DNA of 51,548 nucleotides from Convolutriloba macropyga. Lineage: Eukaryota. How positions within the stretch are numbered: the first letter of the stretch is position 1; every line of letters starts with the position of its first letter. The DNA is taken from assembly GCF_964194025.1 (NCBI RefSeq), contig NC_134474.1, forward strand, positions 33,244,453-33,296,000, read 5' to 3'. Shown here piece after piece: positions 37,255-50,265 of the stretch. The position numbers and the translations under genes were made by a program. The notes beneath the pieces were generated by a model. It did no database searches. It was given only the letters and a program-made list of their open reading frames with translations, and was not told the origin of the DNA.

Positions 37255-38760
37255 ATATGCGCCAGCGTGCAGCTATTGAATTTAAAGAAAATTTTTTCAA
37301 GCTGATGTCAAACTGCGCTTACGGTTAATGTTGCAAAAATTAGAGAAATCATCAGTCAATTTCCTTGGCTTGTACTGAAGAAGAATTGTGGGCGAACACA
37401 GAAAAGTTTAACGTTTAAATATCAAAAGTGTTCAAATACAATCTGGTCGCGGTTACAATTCGGAAAAACAATTTTTTTTGAACAAGCCAACAATTGTTGG
37501 TGCAACAAAATTGGATTTGTCGAAAATGTGTATGTTTGATTTTCATTATACCACAATGAAGAAACATTTTGACTGTTTGTTTTTACACTCAGACACAGAT
37601 TCGTTGACCTATGAATTAGGAACAATCGAAACGTACAAGGATCTAAAGGAATCGAAAGATTAGAATGAGAAGTTTGATCTTTTCAAACTATGAGATGGAA
37701 AATAATTTGTTTGAGAACAAAAACAACTTGTGGTTTTGAAAATTAAAGACGAGATGTAGGGACGACCAATGGGAAGCTTCTGCGCTCAAAAATCGACAAT
37801 GTACTCCGTCACAACTGAAAATTAGTTGTCACCTAACTTTTCTGTTGTATGATAGCATCTACGATATCCTAAGTGGTGTTTTGACTGAAGAAAATTTTCA
37901 CAATATCAAAATTGGTTTTATTTTTGAAATTTTAAAAGGAAAAAAATATTTCGTGATAAAAGGTCTAAAGCTTGAAACACAAAAACGTAGTCATTATACA
38001 GATAATTTTTTATTTTGTTTACTAATGAGCAGAAAGATTCTTCTAAAGGAGTCACTAAACACGCCCAGGCTCAACTTACCCACGATATGTTTGAATCAGT
38101 TTTAATGGGGGATCATGGCTCAATTAGAACGCTAAACTACAGAATCGGTTCGATTAATTACCAACTTTACACAATTGAGACAAACAAAATAGCACTGACC
38201 ACCTTCCGTGACAGGCAATATTACATTGCCTCAAAACATTCACTCCCTTATGGTCATAAAGCAATTCAAGAAAAATTGGTGTATCAAGAAATGGCACTGG
38301 ATGAGGAATGGGGTTTGACAAACATTGAGGAACAAATTGAGGAAGGGGATCAATCTATCCGAATGCTACATTTTAAATATCAGATGGAACCATTGTTTAG
38401 CAAGACGAACAACCTTATTTCACACCTCCTGATCCGAGTTTCTATCATCAGATCAGTAACACTGAAAGTGAGTTAGAGGGAGACTTAGTAAACTTTGATG
38501 CAGAAAGTGCTGGTAATATTAGTAGCCATAACAGTTAGGAAAAAATTCCTTTCATTATTCATGAAGGTAATGAGGAGTCTAGAGTAGAAAGTGAAATTGA
38601 ACAGCATAAAGAAAGTAGTCGTTGTAAATCTAGAAAAAAGAGAATGAAATCAAGAGAGCAGTCAACATCATAAGGAGAGTAAACACCAATTCAACAAAAG
38701 TATAAACATGGTCGTAAACGACGAGGCATCTACTTAATCGAAAGTAATTCAGACTGATGC
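37255..38760 (+). pseudogene. Decayed Polinton/Maverick (adintovirus-like) protein-primed DNA polymerase B, C-terminal part
   Basis: FKENFFKLMSNCAYG (KxxxNxxYG motif B), NKPTIVGATKLDLSKMCMFDFHY, HSDTDSL (YxDTDS motif C), MYS, SKGVTK, LYTIETNKIAL, SLPYGH, then an acidic/basic tail; many stops and frameshifts. Confidence 0.88.
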
Positions 38761-41700
38761 TTGAAACTTAGTTATATTAATGACAGTATGATTAAAAGTA
38801 GCTCTATTAACGACTTAAATTGCGATTGATTATTTTACTGTATAAAACTGAAAAACTTCACAAATCTGTTGTTGGGATTTTAAAATGAGACCAATGTTGT
38901 GAAAAGCAAAGAGACTATAGACAATAAAAAAGTTACCTTGCTCGCTGTTGTCTGTTTTTGGACAATCGCTGGAGAGTTTGGAATAACCAAAAGTTTCTGA
39001 AAATTAAATCAATGAGAAAGATTTGTACGATTGACAATAGCTTGTGAAAAATATAGGCAGAAAGTGTTCGAAAAATTTTTAGAAGAGATTCATGTGTTAC
39101 AAAGCTTATCATTTCGAATAACAGAAAAACTCAGAAAAATTTGTCGATTTTTGCAATTGCAATTCTCATATATATTTCAGAAACTACTATTGTTTGACTG
39201 TTTGTTACTATAATCAGACACAGATGCGTTGTCCTGTGAAATAAGAACAATCGACCTGTACAAGGTTCTAAAGCAATCAAAAGATTTGAATGAGAAGTTT
39301 GAACTTTTCAAACTATGAGTGGGAAAACATTTTGTTTGAGAACAAAAACAACTTGGTGGTTTTGAAATTTAAAGAGGAGATGAAGAGACGACCGATGGGA
39401 AGCTTTTGCGCTCAAAAATCGAAAATGTACTCCATCACAACTGAAAATTAGTTGTCACCTAACTTTTCAGTTGTTTTATAGCATCTACGATATCCTAAGT
39501 AGTATTTTGACTGAAGAAAATTTTCACAATATCAAAATGGGTTTTATTTTTGAAAGTTTAAAAGGAAAAAAAATTTCGTAATAAAAGGTCTAAAGCTCGA
39601 AACACAAAAACGTAGTCATTATACAGATAATTTTTTATTTTGTTTACTAATGAGCAGAAAGATCCTTCTAAAGGAGTCACTAAACACGCCCAGGCTCAAC
39701 TTACCCATGATATGTTTGAATCAGTTTTAATGGGGGATCATGGCTCAATAAGAACGCTAAACTACAGAATCGGTTCGATTAATCACCAACTTTACACAAT
39801 TGAGACAAACAAATGAGCACTGACCGCTTTTTGTGACAGGCGAAATTACATTGCCTCAATACATTCACTCCCTTATGGTCATAAAGCAATTCAGGAGAAC
39901 TCGGTGTATCAAGAAGTGGCACTGGATGAGGAATGGAGTTTGACGAACATTGAGGAAAAAGTTGATGAAGGGGACCAGTCTATCCGAATGCTGCATTTGA
40001 AATATCAGATGGAACCATTGTTCAGCAGGATGAACAAATTTATTTCACACATCCTGATCCCGGTTTCTATCATCAGATCAGTTACACTGAAAGTGAGTTA
40101 GAGGGAGACTTAGTAAACTTTGATGCAGAAAGTGCAACTAATATTAGTAGCCATAACAGGTAGGAAAGAAGCCCTTCCATTATTCATGAAGCAAATGAGG
40201 AGTCTGGAATAGAAGAGGAATTTGAACAGCAAAGCCGTTGTAAATCTAAAAAAGAGAAGGAAATCAACAGAGCAGTCAACATCAGAAGGAGAGTAAACAC
40301 CAATTCAACAAAAGCATAAACATGGTCGTAAACGACGAGTCATCTACTTAATCGAAAATAGTTCAAATTTAAATTTAATCATATTATTGATAGTATGATT
40401 GAATTAAGCTCTATTAACGGCTGAAATTGTGCTTGATTAATTTACTGTAGAAAACTGAAAATTTTACAAATCAGTTAATTGGATTTTAAAATGAGACTAA
40501 TGTTGTGAAATGTAAAGAGACTATAGTCAATAAAAAATTACCTTGCTTGCTGTGGTCTGTTTTTCGAATATCACTGGCGAGATTGGAATAACCAAATTCT
40601 ACTGAAAGTTAAATCATTGAAAAAAATTTTTTCGATTGACAATAACTTGTGATAAATCTAGGCAGAGAGTGTTTGAAAAATTTTTAGAAGAGATTTTCGT
40701 GTTACATAGATTACCAATTTGAATAACAGAAAAACTCAAGAAAATTTGTCGATTTTTGCAATTGCAATTCTCATATATATTTCAGAAACTACTATTGTTT
40801 GACTGTTTGTTACTATAATCAGACACAGATGCGTTGTCCTATAAAATAAGAACAATCGACCTGTACAAGTTTCTAAAGCAATCAAGAGATTTGAATGAGA
40901 AGATTGAACTTTTCAAACTATGAGTGGGAAAACATTTTGTTTGAGAACAAAAACAACTTGGTGGTTTTGAAATTTAAAGAGGAGATGAAGAGACGACCGA
41001 TGGGAATTTCTGCGCTCAAAAACCGAAAATGTACTCCATCACAACTGAAAATTAGTTGTCACCTAACTTTTATGTTGTATGATAGCATCTACGATATCCT
41101 AAGTAGTATTTTGACTGAAGAAAATTTTCACAATATAAAATGGGTTTTAATTTTGAAATTTTAAAAGGAAAAAAAAATTTCGTAATAAAAGGTCTAAAGC
41201 TCGAAACTTAAAAACGTAGTCATTATACAGATAATTTTTTATTTTGTTTACTAAATGAGCTGAAAGATTCTTCTAAAGGAGTCACTAAACACGCCCAGGC
41301 TAAACTTACCCACGATATGTTTAAATCAGTTTTAATGGGGAATCAAGGCTCAATAAGAACGCTAAACTACAGAATCGGTTCGATTAATCACCAACTTTAC
41401 ACAATTGAGACAAACAAATGAGCACTGACCGCCTTTTGTGACAGGCGAAATTACATTGCCTCAATACATTCACTCCCTTATGGTCATAAAACAATTCAGG
41501 AGAACTCGGTGTATCAAGAAATGGCACTGGATGAGGAATGGAGTTTGACGAACATTGAGGAACAAGTTGATGAAGGGGACCAGTCTATCCGAATGCTCCA
41601 TTTGAAATATCAGATGGAACCATTGTTCAGCAGGATGAACAAATTTATTTCACACCTCCTGATCCCGGTTTCTATCATCAGATAAGTTACACTGATAGTG

Positions 41701-44700
41701 AGTTAGAGGGAGACTTAGTAAACTTTGATGCAGAAAGTGCAACTAATATTAGTAGCCATAACAAGTAGGAAAGAAGCCCTTCCATTATTCATGAAGCAAA
41801 TGAGGAGTCTGGAGTAGAAGAGGAATTTGAACAGCAAAGTCGTTGTAAATCTAAAAAAGAGAAGTAAATCAACAGAGCAGTCAACATCAGAAGGAGAGTA
41901 AACACCAATTCAACAAAAGCATAAACATGGTCGTAAACGACGAGTCATCTACTTAATCGAAAATAGTTCAAACTTAAATTTAATCATATTATTGATAGTG
42001 CGATTGAATTTAGCTCTATTAACGGCTGAAATTGTGCTTGATTAATTTACCGTAGAAAACTGAAAATTTTACAAATCAGTTAATTGGATTTTAAAATGAG
42101 ACTAATGTTGTGAAATGTAAAGAGACTATAGTCAATAAAAAAATTACCTTGCTTGCTGTGGTCTGTTTTTCGAATATCACTGGCGAGATTGGAGTAACCA
42201 AATTCTACTGAAAGTTAAATCATTGAAAAAAATTTGGTCGACTGACAATAACTTGTGAGAAATCTAGGCGGAGAATGTTTGCAAAATTTTTAGAAGAGAT
42301 TTTTGTGTTACATAGATTACCAATTCGAATAACAGAAAAACTCAAGAAAATTTGTCGATTTTTGCAATTGCAATTCTCATATATATTTCAGAAACTACTA
42401 TTGTTTGACTGTTTGTTACTATAATCAGACACAGATGCGTTGTCCTGTGAAATAAGAACAATCGACCTGTACAAGTTTCTAAAGCAATCAAAAGATTTGA
42501 ATGAGAAATTTAAACTTTTCAAACTATGAGTGGGAAAACATTTTGTTTGAGAACAAAAACAACTTGGTGGTTTTGAAATTTAAAGAGGAGATGAAGAGAC
42601 GACCGATGGGAAGCTTTTGCGCTCAAAAATCGAAAATGTACTCCATTACAACTGAAAATTAGTTGTTACCTAACTTTTCTGTTGTATGATAGCATCTACG
42701 ATATCCTAAGTAGTATTTTGACTGAAGAAAATTTTCACAATATCAAAATGGGTTTTAATTTTGAAATTTTAAAAGGAAAAAAAATTTCGTAATAAAAGGT
42801 CTAAAGCTCGAAACACAAAAACGTAGTCATTATACAGATAATTTTTTATTTTGTTTACTAAATGAGCTGAAAGATTCTTCTAAAGGAGTCACTAAACACG
42901 CCTAGGCTCAACTTACCCACGATATGTTTAAATCAGTTTTAATGGGGGATCATGGCTCAATAAGAACGCTAAACTACAGAATCGGTTCGATTAATCACCA
43001 ACTTTACACAATTGAGACAAACAAATGAGCACTGACAGCCTTTTGTGACAGGCGAAATTACATTGCCTCAATACATTCACTCCCTTATGGTCATAAAGCA
43101 ATTCAGGAGAACTCGGTGTATCAAGAAATGGCACTGGATGAGGAATGGAGTTTGACGAACATTGAGGAACAAGTTGATGAAGGGGACCAGTCTATCCGAA
43201 TGCTCCATTTGAAATATCAGATGGAACCATTGTTCAGCAGGATGAACAAATTTATTTCACACCTCCTGATCCCGGTTTCTATCATCAGATAAGTTACACT
43301 GATAGTGAGTTAGAGGGAGACTTAGTAAACTTTGATGCAGAAAGTGCAACTAATAATAGTAGCCACAACAGGTAGGAAAGAAGCCCTTCCAATATTCATG
43401 AAGCAAATGAGGAGTCTGGAGTAGAAGATGAATTTGAACAGCAAAATCGTTGTAAATTTAGAAAAGAGAAGGAAATCAACAGAGCAGTCAACATCAGAAG
43501 GATAGTAAACACCAATTCAACAAAAGCATAAACATGGTCGTAGTAAACACCAATTCAACAAAAGCATAAACATGGTCGTAAACGACGAGTCATCTACTTA
43601 ATCGAAAATAGTTCAAACTTAAATTTAATCATATTATTGATAGTATGATTGAATTTAGCTCTATTATCGGCTGAAATTGTGCTTGATTAATTTACTGTAG
43701 AAAACTGAAAATTTTACAAATCAGTTAATTGGATTTTAGAATGAGACTAATGTTGTGAAATGTAAAGAGACTATAGTCAATAAAAAAATTTCCTTGCTTG
43801 CTGTGGTCTGTTTTTCGAATATCACTGGCGAGATTGGAATAACCAAATTCTACTGAAAGTTAAATCATTGAAAAAAATTTGTTCGATTGACAATAACTTG
43901 TGATAAATCTAGGCAGAGAGTGTTTGAAAAATTTTTAGAAGAGATTTTCGTGTTACATAGATTACCAATTCGAATAACAGAAAAACTCAAGAAAATTTGT
44001 CAATTTTTGCAATTGCAATTCTCATATATTTTTCAGAAACTACTATTGTTTGACTGTTTGTTACTATAATCAGACACAGATGCGTTGTCCTGTGAAATAA
44101 GAACAATCGACCTGTACAAGGTTCTAAAGCAATCAAAAGATTTGAATGAGAAGTTTGAACTTTTCAAACTGTGAGTGGGAAAACATTTTGTTTGAGAACA
44201 AAAACAACTTGGTGGTTTTGAAATTTAAAGAGGAGATGAAGAGACGACCGATGGGAAGCTTTTCCGCTCAAAAATCGAAAATGTACTCCATCACAACTGA
44301 AAATTAGTTGTCACCTAACTTTTCTGTTGTATTATAGCATCTACGATATCCTAACTAGTATTTTGACTGAAGAAAATTTTCACAATATCAAAATGGGTTT
44401 TATTTTTGAAAATTTAAAAGGAAAAAAAATGTTCGTAATAAAAGGTCTAAAGCTCGAAACACAAAAACGTAGTCATTTAGTCATTATACAGATAATTTTT
44501 TATTTTGTTTACTAATAAGCAGAAAGATTCTTCCAAAGGAGTCACTAAACACGCCCAGGCTCAACTTATCCACGATATGTTTAAATCAGTTTTAATGGGG
44601 GATCATGATTCAATAAGAACGCTAAACTACAGAATCGGTTCGATTAATCACCAACTTTACACAATTGAGACAAACAAATGAGCACTGACCGCCTTTTGTG

Positions 44701-45671
44701 ACAGGCGAAATTACATTGCCTCAATACATTCACTCCCTTATGGTCATAAAGCAATTCAGGAGAACTCGGTGTATCAAGAAATGGCACTGGATGAGGAATG
44801 GAGTTTGACGAACATTGAGGAACAAGTTGATGAAGGGGACCAGTCTATCCGAATGCTGCATTTGAAATATCAGATGGAACCATTGTTCAGCAGGATGAAC
44901 AAATTTATTTCACACCTCCTGATCCCGGTTTCTATCATCAGATCAGTTACACTGAAAGTGAGTTAGAGGGAGACTTAGTAAACTTTGATGCAGAAAATGC
45001 AACTAATATTAGTAGCCATAACAGGTAGGAAAGAAGCCCTTCCATTATTCATGAAGCAAATGAGGAGTCTGGAGTAGAAGAGAAATTTGAACAGCAAAAC
45101 CGTTGTAAATCTAAAAAAGAGAAGGAAATCAACAGAGCAGTCAACATCAGAAGGAGAGTAAACACCAATTCAACAAAAGCATAAACATGGTCGTAAACGA
45201 CGAGTCATCTACTTAATCGAAAAGAGTTCAATCTTAAATTTAATCATATTATTGATAGTATGATTGAATTTAGCTCTATTAACGGCTGAAATTGTGCTTG
45301 ATTGATTTACTGTAGAAAACTGAAACTTTTACAAATCAGTTAATTGGATTTTAAAATGAGACTAATGTTGTGAAATGTAAAGAGACTATATTCAATAAAA
45401 AATTTACCTTGCTTGCTGTGGTCTGTTTTTCGAATATCACTGGCGAGATCGGAATAACCAAATTCTACTGAAAATTAAATCATTGAAAAAAATTTGTTCG
45501 ATGGACAATAACTTGAGAGAAATCTAGGCAGAGAGTGTTTGAAAATTTTTTAGAAGAGATTTTCGTGTTACATAGATTACCAATTCGAATAACAGAAAAA
45601 CTCGAGAAAATTTGTTGATTTTTGCAAGTGCAATTATCATATACATTTCAGAAGAAACTACTATTGTTTGA
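37568..45671 (+). repeat. Tandem array of five ~1.6-kb units derived from the polB 3' end and downstream DNA
   Basis: The junction motif TTTGA(CTG) recurs at 37568, 39193, 40798, 42404, 44049 and finally 45667 (periods 1625, 1605, 1606, 1645, 1618). Confidence 0.97.
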
Positions 45672-47882
45672 ACTTTCATAAGGAGCGCTTTTTGGTATAT
45701 TTCAATTTCAAGACAATGAAAAAAAAACTTTTAAAATAGTTGAAATTTAAACTGGAATACAAATTAGAAACAGATAAATTGATTCAAGTTAGGTGGTCTT
45801 TTCAACAGATATTGTTCGAAGTAATTAAGGCCTTCAAACCTTATGAAAATGTTTTGTTTTTGTCGGAAACCCAATAAGTTTTAGCATTCTTTTGGAAAAA
45901 CGCTTTGAAACAACTAATAGTAGCGTTAATTTGTGTGACGTTCATGATAAATAGAGTCTCTGCCTTCAAGCAGTCTAAAACCTCCTAGCAACTTTGCACC
46001 TTGCAAAATTTTTGCTTTATCTAGTTTCTTTTAAACCTCAAGACACAAGAATTCCCTTTTGGTACCAAAGGCAGAGATAATTAAAAAGCTGGATTGCTTG
46101 AAATAGCTGCTGTGCTTAATTCATTAGAGAAAAAACAGAAACAAATCACACAGTTTTCTAATTAAATGCCCGCAAACAAACAAAAGTGTTTGCGCTAATA
46201 ACAGACGGGCTATTTGGTTTTTGTCTCAACACCATTTTCAAACCAGCGCGGTTATGCGTTTCATGGTACACTGAAAAAAGATTTATTACACCCAGGCAAC
46301 CCTTGATTGAAGTTTGTCCCTCGCCGTTTTCAAGCGTTTAATTGTGAACATTCCATTTTGTAAGGAAAAGAAAATATTTCTGGTGAAATTGACAGAAAAT
46401 TCCTTCAACAATTGTTAGTAAACAAATAATAAAAGTAGACGATTGAAATGACCAGAACGCAATTTCCAAGAAATGAGGGAAATGTAAATACTGTCGACAG
46501 TTGAAACAAACAATCAAAACAAACCAAATAACAAAATGATTGAAATGACCGTAAAAGTGTTTGGACTATTTGAAGGGGGAACCAGAAAGCGCTATCCGCT
46601 TGTTATTACCATGAAGTGTTCGAATACAAATTCTTTAGTAATAAATAGGTTCCTTTTTGAAGCCATGGAATTTTTTTTTATTAAAAAAATTGTGTCTTAC
46701 TGGGCACGCAATGGGTGGCGGAGATTTGGGTGTTAAAGTGTTCGCAACGGGGGACTGTCCTCGCTAAAACGCCAAAGAATTTCCAAAAATTAGGAAAAAT
46801 TTTCGTTCCCCCCCCCCCCCGTTGCCTGCCCAGTAAGACACCTTACTACTCACACAAACAAATCCGAGATCTTGGAAAGATCCAAAACTTGACTTGCCAC
46901 AATTGTACGAACTTGGAGGCGCTTAGTGTGGGTTTCCAAGATGTCGACAAAATGATGCCGAGGGAATCCACCGATTTCTGTTTACACGATAGACAGCATT
47001 CAGAATGCTATTTCTGGCTCTGATAATCGTGTCTTGCCAAATTTCAAACAAGTAATTGAAAAAGACGCAGGTAATGAAGTCTTTCTAGAAAAAATTAAAA
47101 CGGATTGCCAAGATCTTGGCGTGGATACCGTTTAAACCAAGCACGTGAAAAAACAATCCCAAACAAAAAAGAAAAACAACTTGTTTAGGGCCTAAAGCAA
47201 AAGCACATTGATAGTAATTTTTTGCCCAAGAGCAATGAAAGTAAAGTTGTTTTTGGATAATTTTGGCTGCAATTTGAATGTATTTTGACTTCTGGGAGAA
47301 ATCTCAGAAGGCTTGGAAAAACAAGCTAGATCGTATCCAAGACATGATAAACCATGTTTTGGGTATAAAACAAAAGTTAAAACGTTGGAGTTTTTGACCA
47401 AATCCAATGCAAACAAATTTGCTCTCTGAGAAATGCAAGAGGTTCCGTGCACTTGAAAAAAGAGAACTCCAATTTGTAGCGTGAACTTGGCGAGGATGAT
47501 GTGAGTATTGGTCCTGGGAAACGAATTGCCAGTATTTTGGATTTTGTAAATTGCGGTCAGAAGTTTTTTGCCTGCACAAGTTTAAGTATATGTTTGTTAA
47601 AAGTCATGTTACCATCAGTTTTTAATTGTACCTCTGCTTCAGAATCAAAGCTTTTTTTACCGCTCCAGATTACTATCATTCCTTCTACCTTTTAATATAC
47701 ATTTTCTAAAATAATTCGACTGCTTACCAAAAGCATCATTCGACTAGGAAAAACTGCCTTTTGGTATCCATTCCAGTATGTAGACGTATTTATGGTTTCC
47801 ATGTAGATACGTACTCTTGAGAACACTTCATTGTTAATATTATTATTTTCTTTTATAAGATTAAAAAATGAACACTACGTAC

Positions 47883-48040
47883 CTTCATAATAGCATGATG
47901 GTTGAGACTGTCCTCCTGCTATATCTGTTGAGCACTGATGAGTGAAAAGTGAAGTGAAGGAGGGCAGGACCCCATTGTCAAATTCACAAACATCACCTGA
48001 AGTTGTCGTACATCGGCCACAGTGGCGTCCTTTCACAGCC
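47883..48040 (-). CDS. Exon 2: most of FN2-like domain 1
   Basis: ttccatttag|...GAAG|gtacgt, phase 2 to 1; RAVKGRHCGRCTTTSGDVCEFDNGVLPSFTSLFTHQCSTDIAGGQSQPSCYYE; 87-bp intron upstream. Confidence 0.85.
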
Positions 48041-48127
48041 CTAAATGGAACAATGTTCCTTTTATATTGGCTGGCAAATTGAACTGAAACTATGTAAAGA
48101 GCTGAAGTGTAGGCATATAAATCTCAC

Positions 48128-48771
48128 CTGAATGAGAGCACAAAACCAATGTATTTTTGATCTCCATTTATATAATCATTAAGAACGTTGATTTTGATTG
48201 TGTTGTTGTTAGAGCATACAATTGGTGGTTGATTGGTCAGTCTGACGCCGAAAGATGTATACGGAGATTGAATGTAATTAACATACTGTCCTTCAGTGTA
48301 TTGTAATTGGTTTGCAAGCAGGTCAGGTAAGAATCCATTTGTTGGCGAAGAACAGTACCGTCCATCTCGGTGGTCATAAAAGACATCTGTTCCCTCATAT
48401 TCAACATAGTACAAGCAGGTAAAACCTCTGGCTTCTTCGAGGCCCATTGCCAGAATGGCAACCATCACCTGATAACCAGCAGGGGCACTCACAATGTAGG
48501 AACAGTCTGCTGTGCCAGCCGGTTGTATGTGTCTCATATGAGATGTAGTAAAAAAATCTCCGTCCAAAAAATCACCCTCCCTAATCACAGTTGAGAATTG
48601 GTCTGCAGCCCAATTGTCAGACACTATAAAGTGAGTCTCAACCGAGGCATGCACGTTAATTGTAGCCCCATTTTCACAAACACCCTGCATGCTTGACAAT
48701 TTAATAGAGCAAATAAACAGAGTGGAAGTAAAAACTGACAAACTAAATTTATAATCAATTTTAGGCAACAT
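48128..48771 (-). CDS. Exon 1: putative signal peptide plus CUB domain
   Basis: ATG at 48771 (MLPKIDYKFSLSVFTSTLFICSIKLSSMQG), then CUB-like C..G...IVSDNW, DCSYIVSAPAGYQVMV, GRYCS, GFVLSF. Donor CAG|GTGAGA, phase 2. The start is uncertain: atgcag|GGT near 48685 could instead be an acceptor. Confidence 0.8.
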
Positions 48772-50265
48772 TACAACATTACTGAATAAACTTTGAAAAC
48801 AAAACGCAGCAAACCAGCCAATTTGATCAAAGCGAATGAAATTTGCAGCTTTAAAAAACTTCAAGCTACTATGAACATGAAAAACTTCTATCATACGAAA
48901 CGAAGTAAATAATGAACATGCTCGCTTGACCGCTTTTTGATTAAAATACATCAAACGTAATCTTCTAGAGCTCCGTAATTATCAAAAATACCTATGCAAG
49001 CTGGTTTTTACACATTACCAATTCTTTCAAATAACGCTCACAAAGCAGAAATTTTTTTGCACGTATTTTTTTAAAAGAAAATACAATTTCTGCATGTTTT
49101 AAAGTAGATAGGCATAATATGCGTCAAAATTGAAACAAAAGCCGGACAGAAATTTAATTCCAGTTTTTTGCCTTAAGTGTTTTTCATGAGACGTAATTTT
49201 TAAAAATGTTAATTTAACATCCGTTAAAAGCCGTTTTTCAATAGAAGCACAACTCACTTTGCACAGAAGTCATTACTGTACAAATTTTCGCTTCAGAATA
49301 TCATATAGACAATTAAACGAGTGGCGAAATGTGAATTTACCGCTGTCTTGGCTTGAAATCTCTTGAGGTTGAAAATCCCCTAGAAACGCTCAAGACGTTT
49401 TTTTCTTCTGATTATCTTACTTCAAAATTTTCAGCCTCAAAAGAAAAATCGAGATCAGCACTCAAGTTATGAAAGTTTTCTAAAAACTATTTCTCGTGCG
49501 ATTTCTCGTATTTTTTTTTGGTCTAAAGTATGGAACTTCTACGCAAAGCTCCCTAAATCATAATACCAAGGATAATGTTTAATTATAGTATATTTAACTG
49601 TAACCTATTGTTGAATATTATCAGCCGAATGAGATAATTGTCCATTTGCGACCATATTCCACACTGTGTGGCCATTTTTACATGTATACGTTTTGTGGTA
49701 TTGTAAAATCAAAATACACCAACTCGTCGTTTTTCTTTAGCAGGGGTTTTGTCCTAATATTATATCGTAGTCACGAATTGAAACTAATTGTTACCAATTG
49801 AATAGAAGGTTTAGCAAAATTTTTTAAATTTTATACAGTTTTTTGTTATTATAGACTGTCATTTCAGATTGAATTTTTCTTTTCTTTTTGTTTTAGGTTT
49901 TGTTAAAAAAACAAATTATGGGTCAAGGGGAGAAAGAACAAACTGAAAAAATCAAAGACGAAGGAGCATCCTAGGTAGGAACACAGTTTTTTGTTTGATG
50001 GATCACCTGACATACACAATTCACCACAGCTACGATAATTTCAGACAGCTTTTATTCATGGGAAAGAAAATAAGGGAAGAAGAAAAAATATTCATAGTAT
50101 AATTGAAAATTACGTGGAGTTAAAAGAAACAGCCGGCAAATTTTTGAGAAGCTATGCCTACGAACTTGCTTAAAAAAGGAGGGAGTATAAGATAAATCAC
50201 CAGGTAGAGAGCTAAATATTTTAAGTTGAAGCTTTGATTTATAAACAAAAATTTCTAATAAAAAA

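Larger units (their letters stand above)
475..48771 (-). other. Multi-exon gene (15 exons in window, 3' end beyond left edge): large extracellular CUB / FN2-like / EGF x20 / FN3 protein, probably a cell-surface receptor ectodomain or matrix protein
   Basis: Exons 48771-48128, 48040-47883, 31840-31804, 30891-28079, 26301-26119, 20912-20802, 19672-19640, 13154-12975, 12500-12354, 8494-8390, 5598-5254, 3819-3661, 2919-2704, 1117-973, 602-475. All introns are GT-AG with matching phases; the total of 5404 nt is open and domains run continuously across junctions. Confidence 0.88.

Noticed and set aside
37845-44966. Repeated short ORFs in the array as functional genes
   Set aside because: They are frameshifted fragments of the decayed polB and its insertion, with stops differing between units.
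46854-46977. Open 124-nt candidate exon (cag|..|gtgagt, phase 1 to 2, IGGFPRHHFVDIL..) that could replace exon 3
   Set aside because: It lacks the Cys needed to finish the FN2-like domain and has no domain resemblance; exon 31804-31840 fits better. It cannot be excluded as a minor alternative without RNA data.
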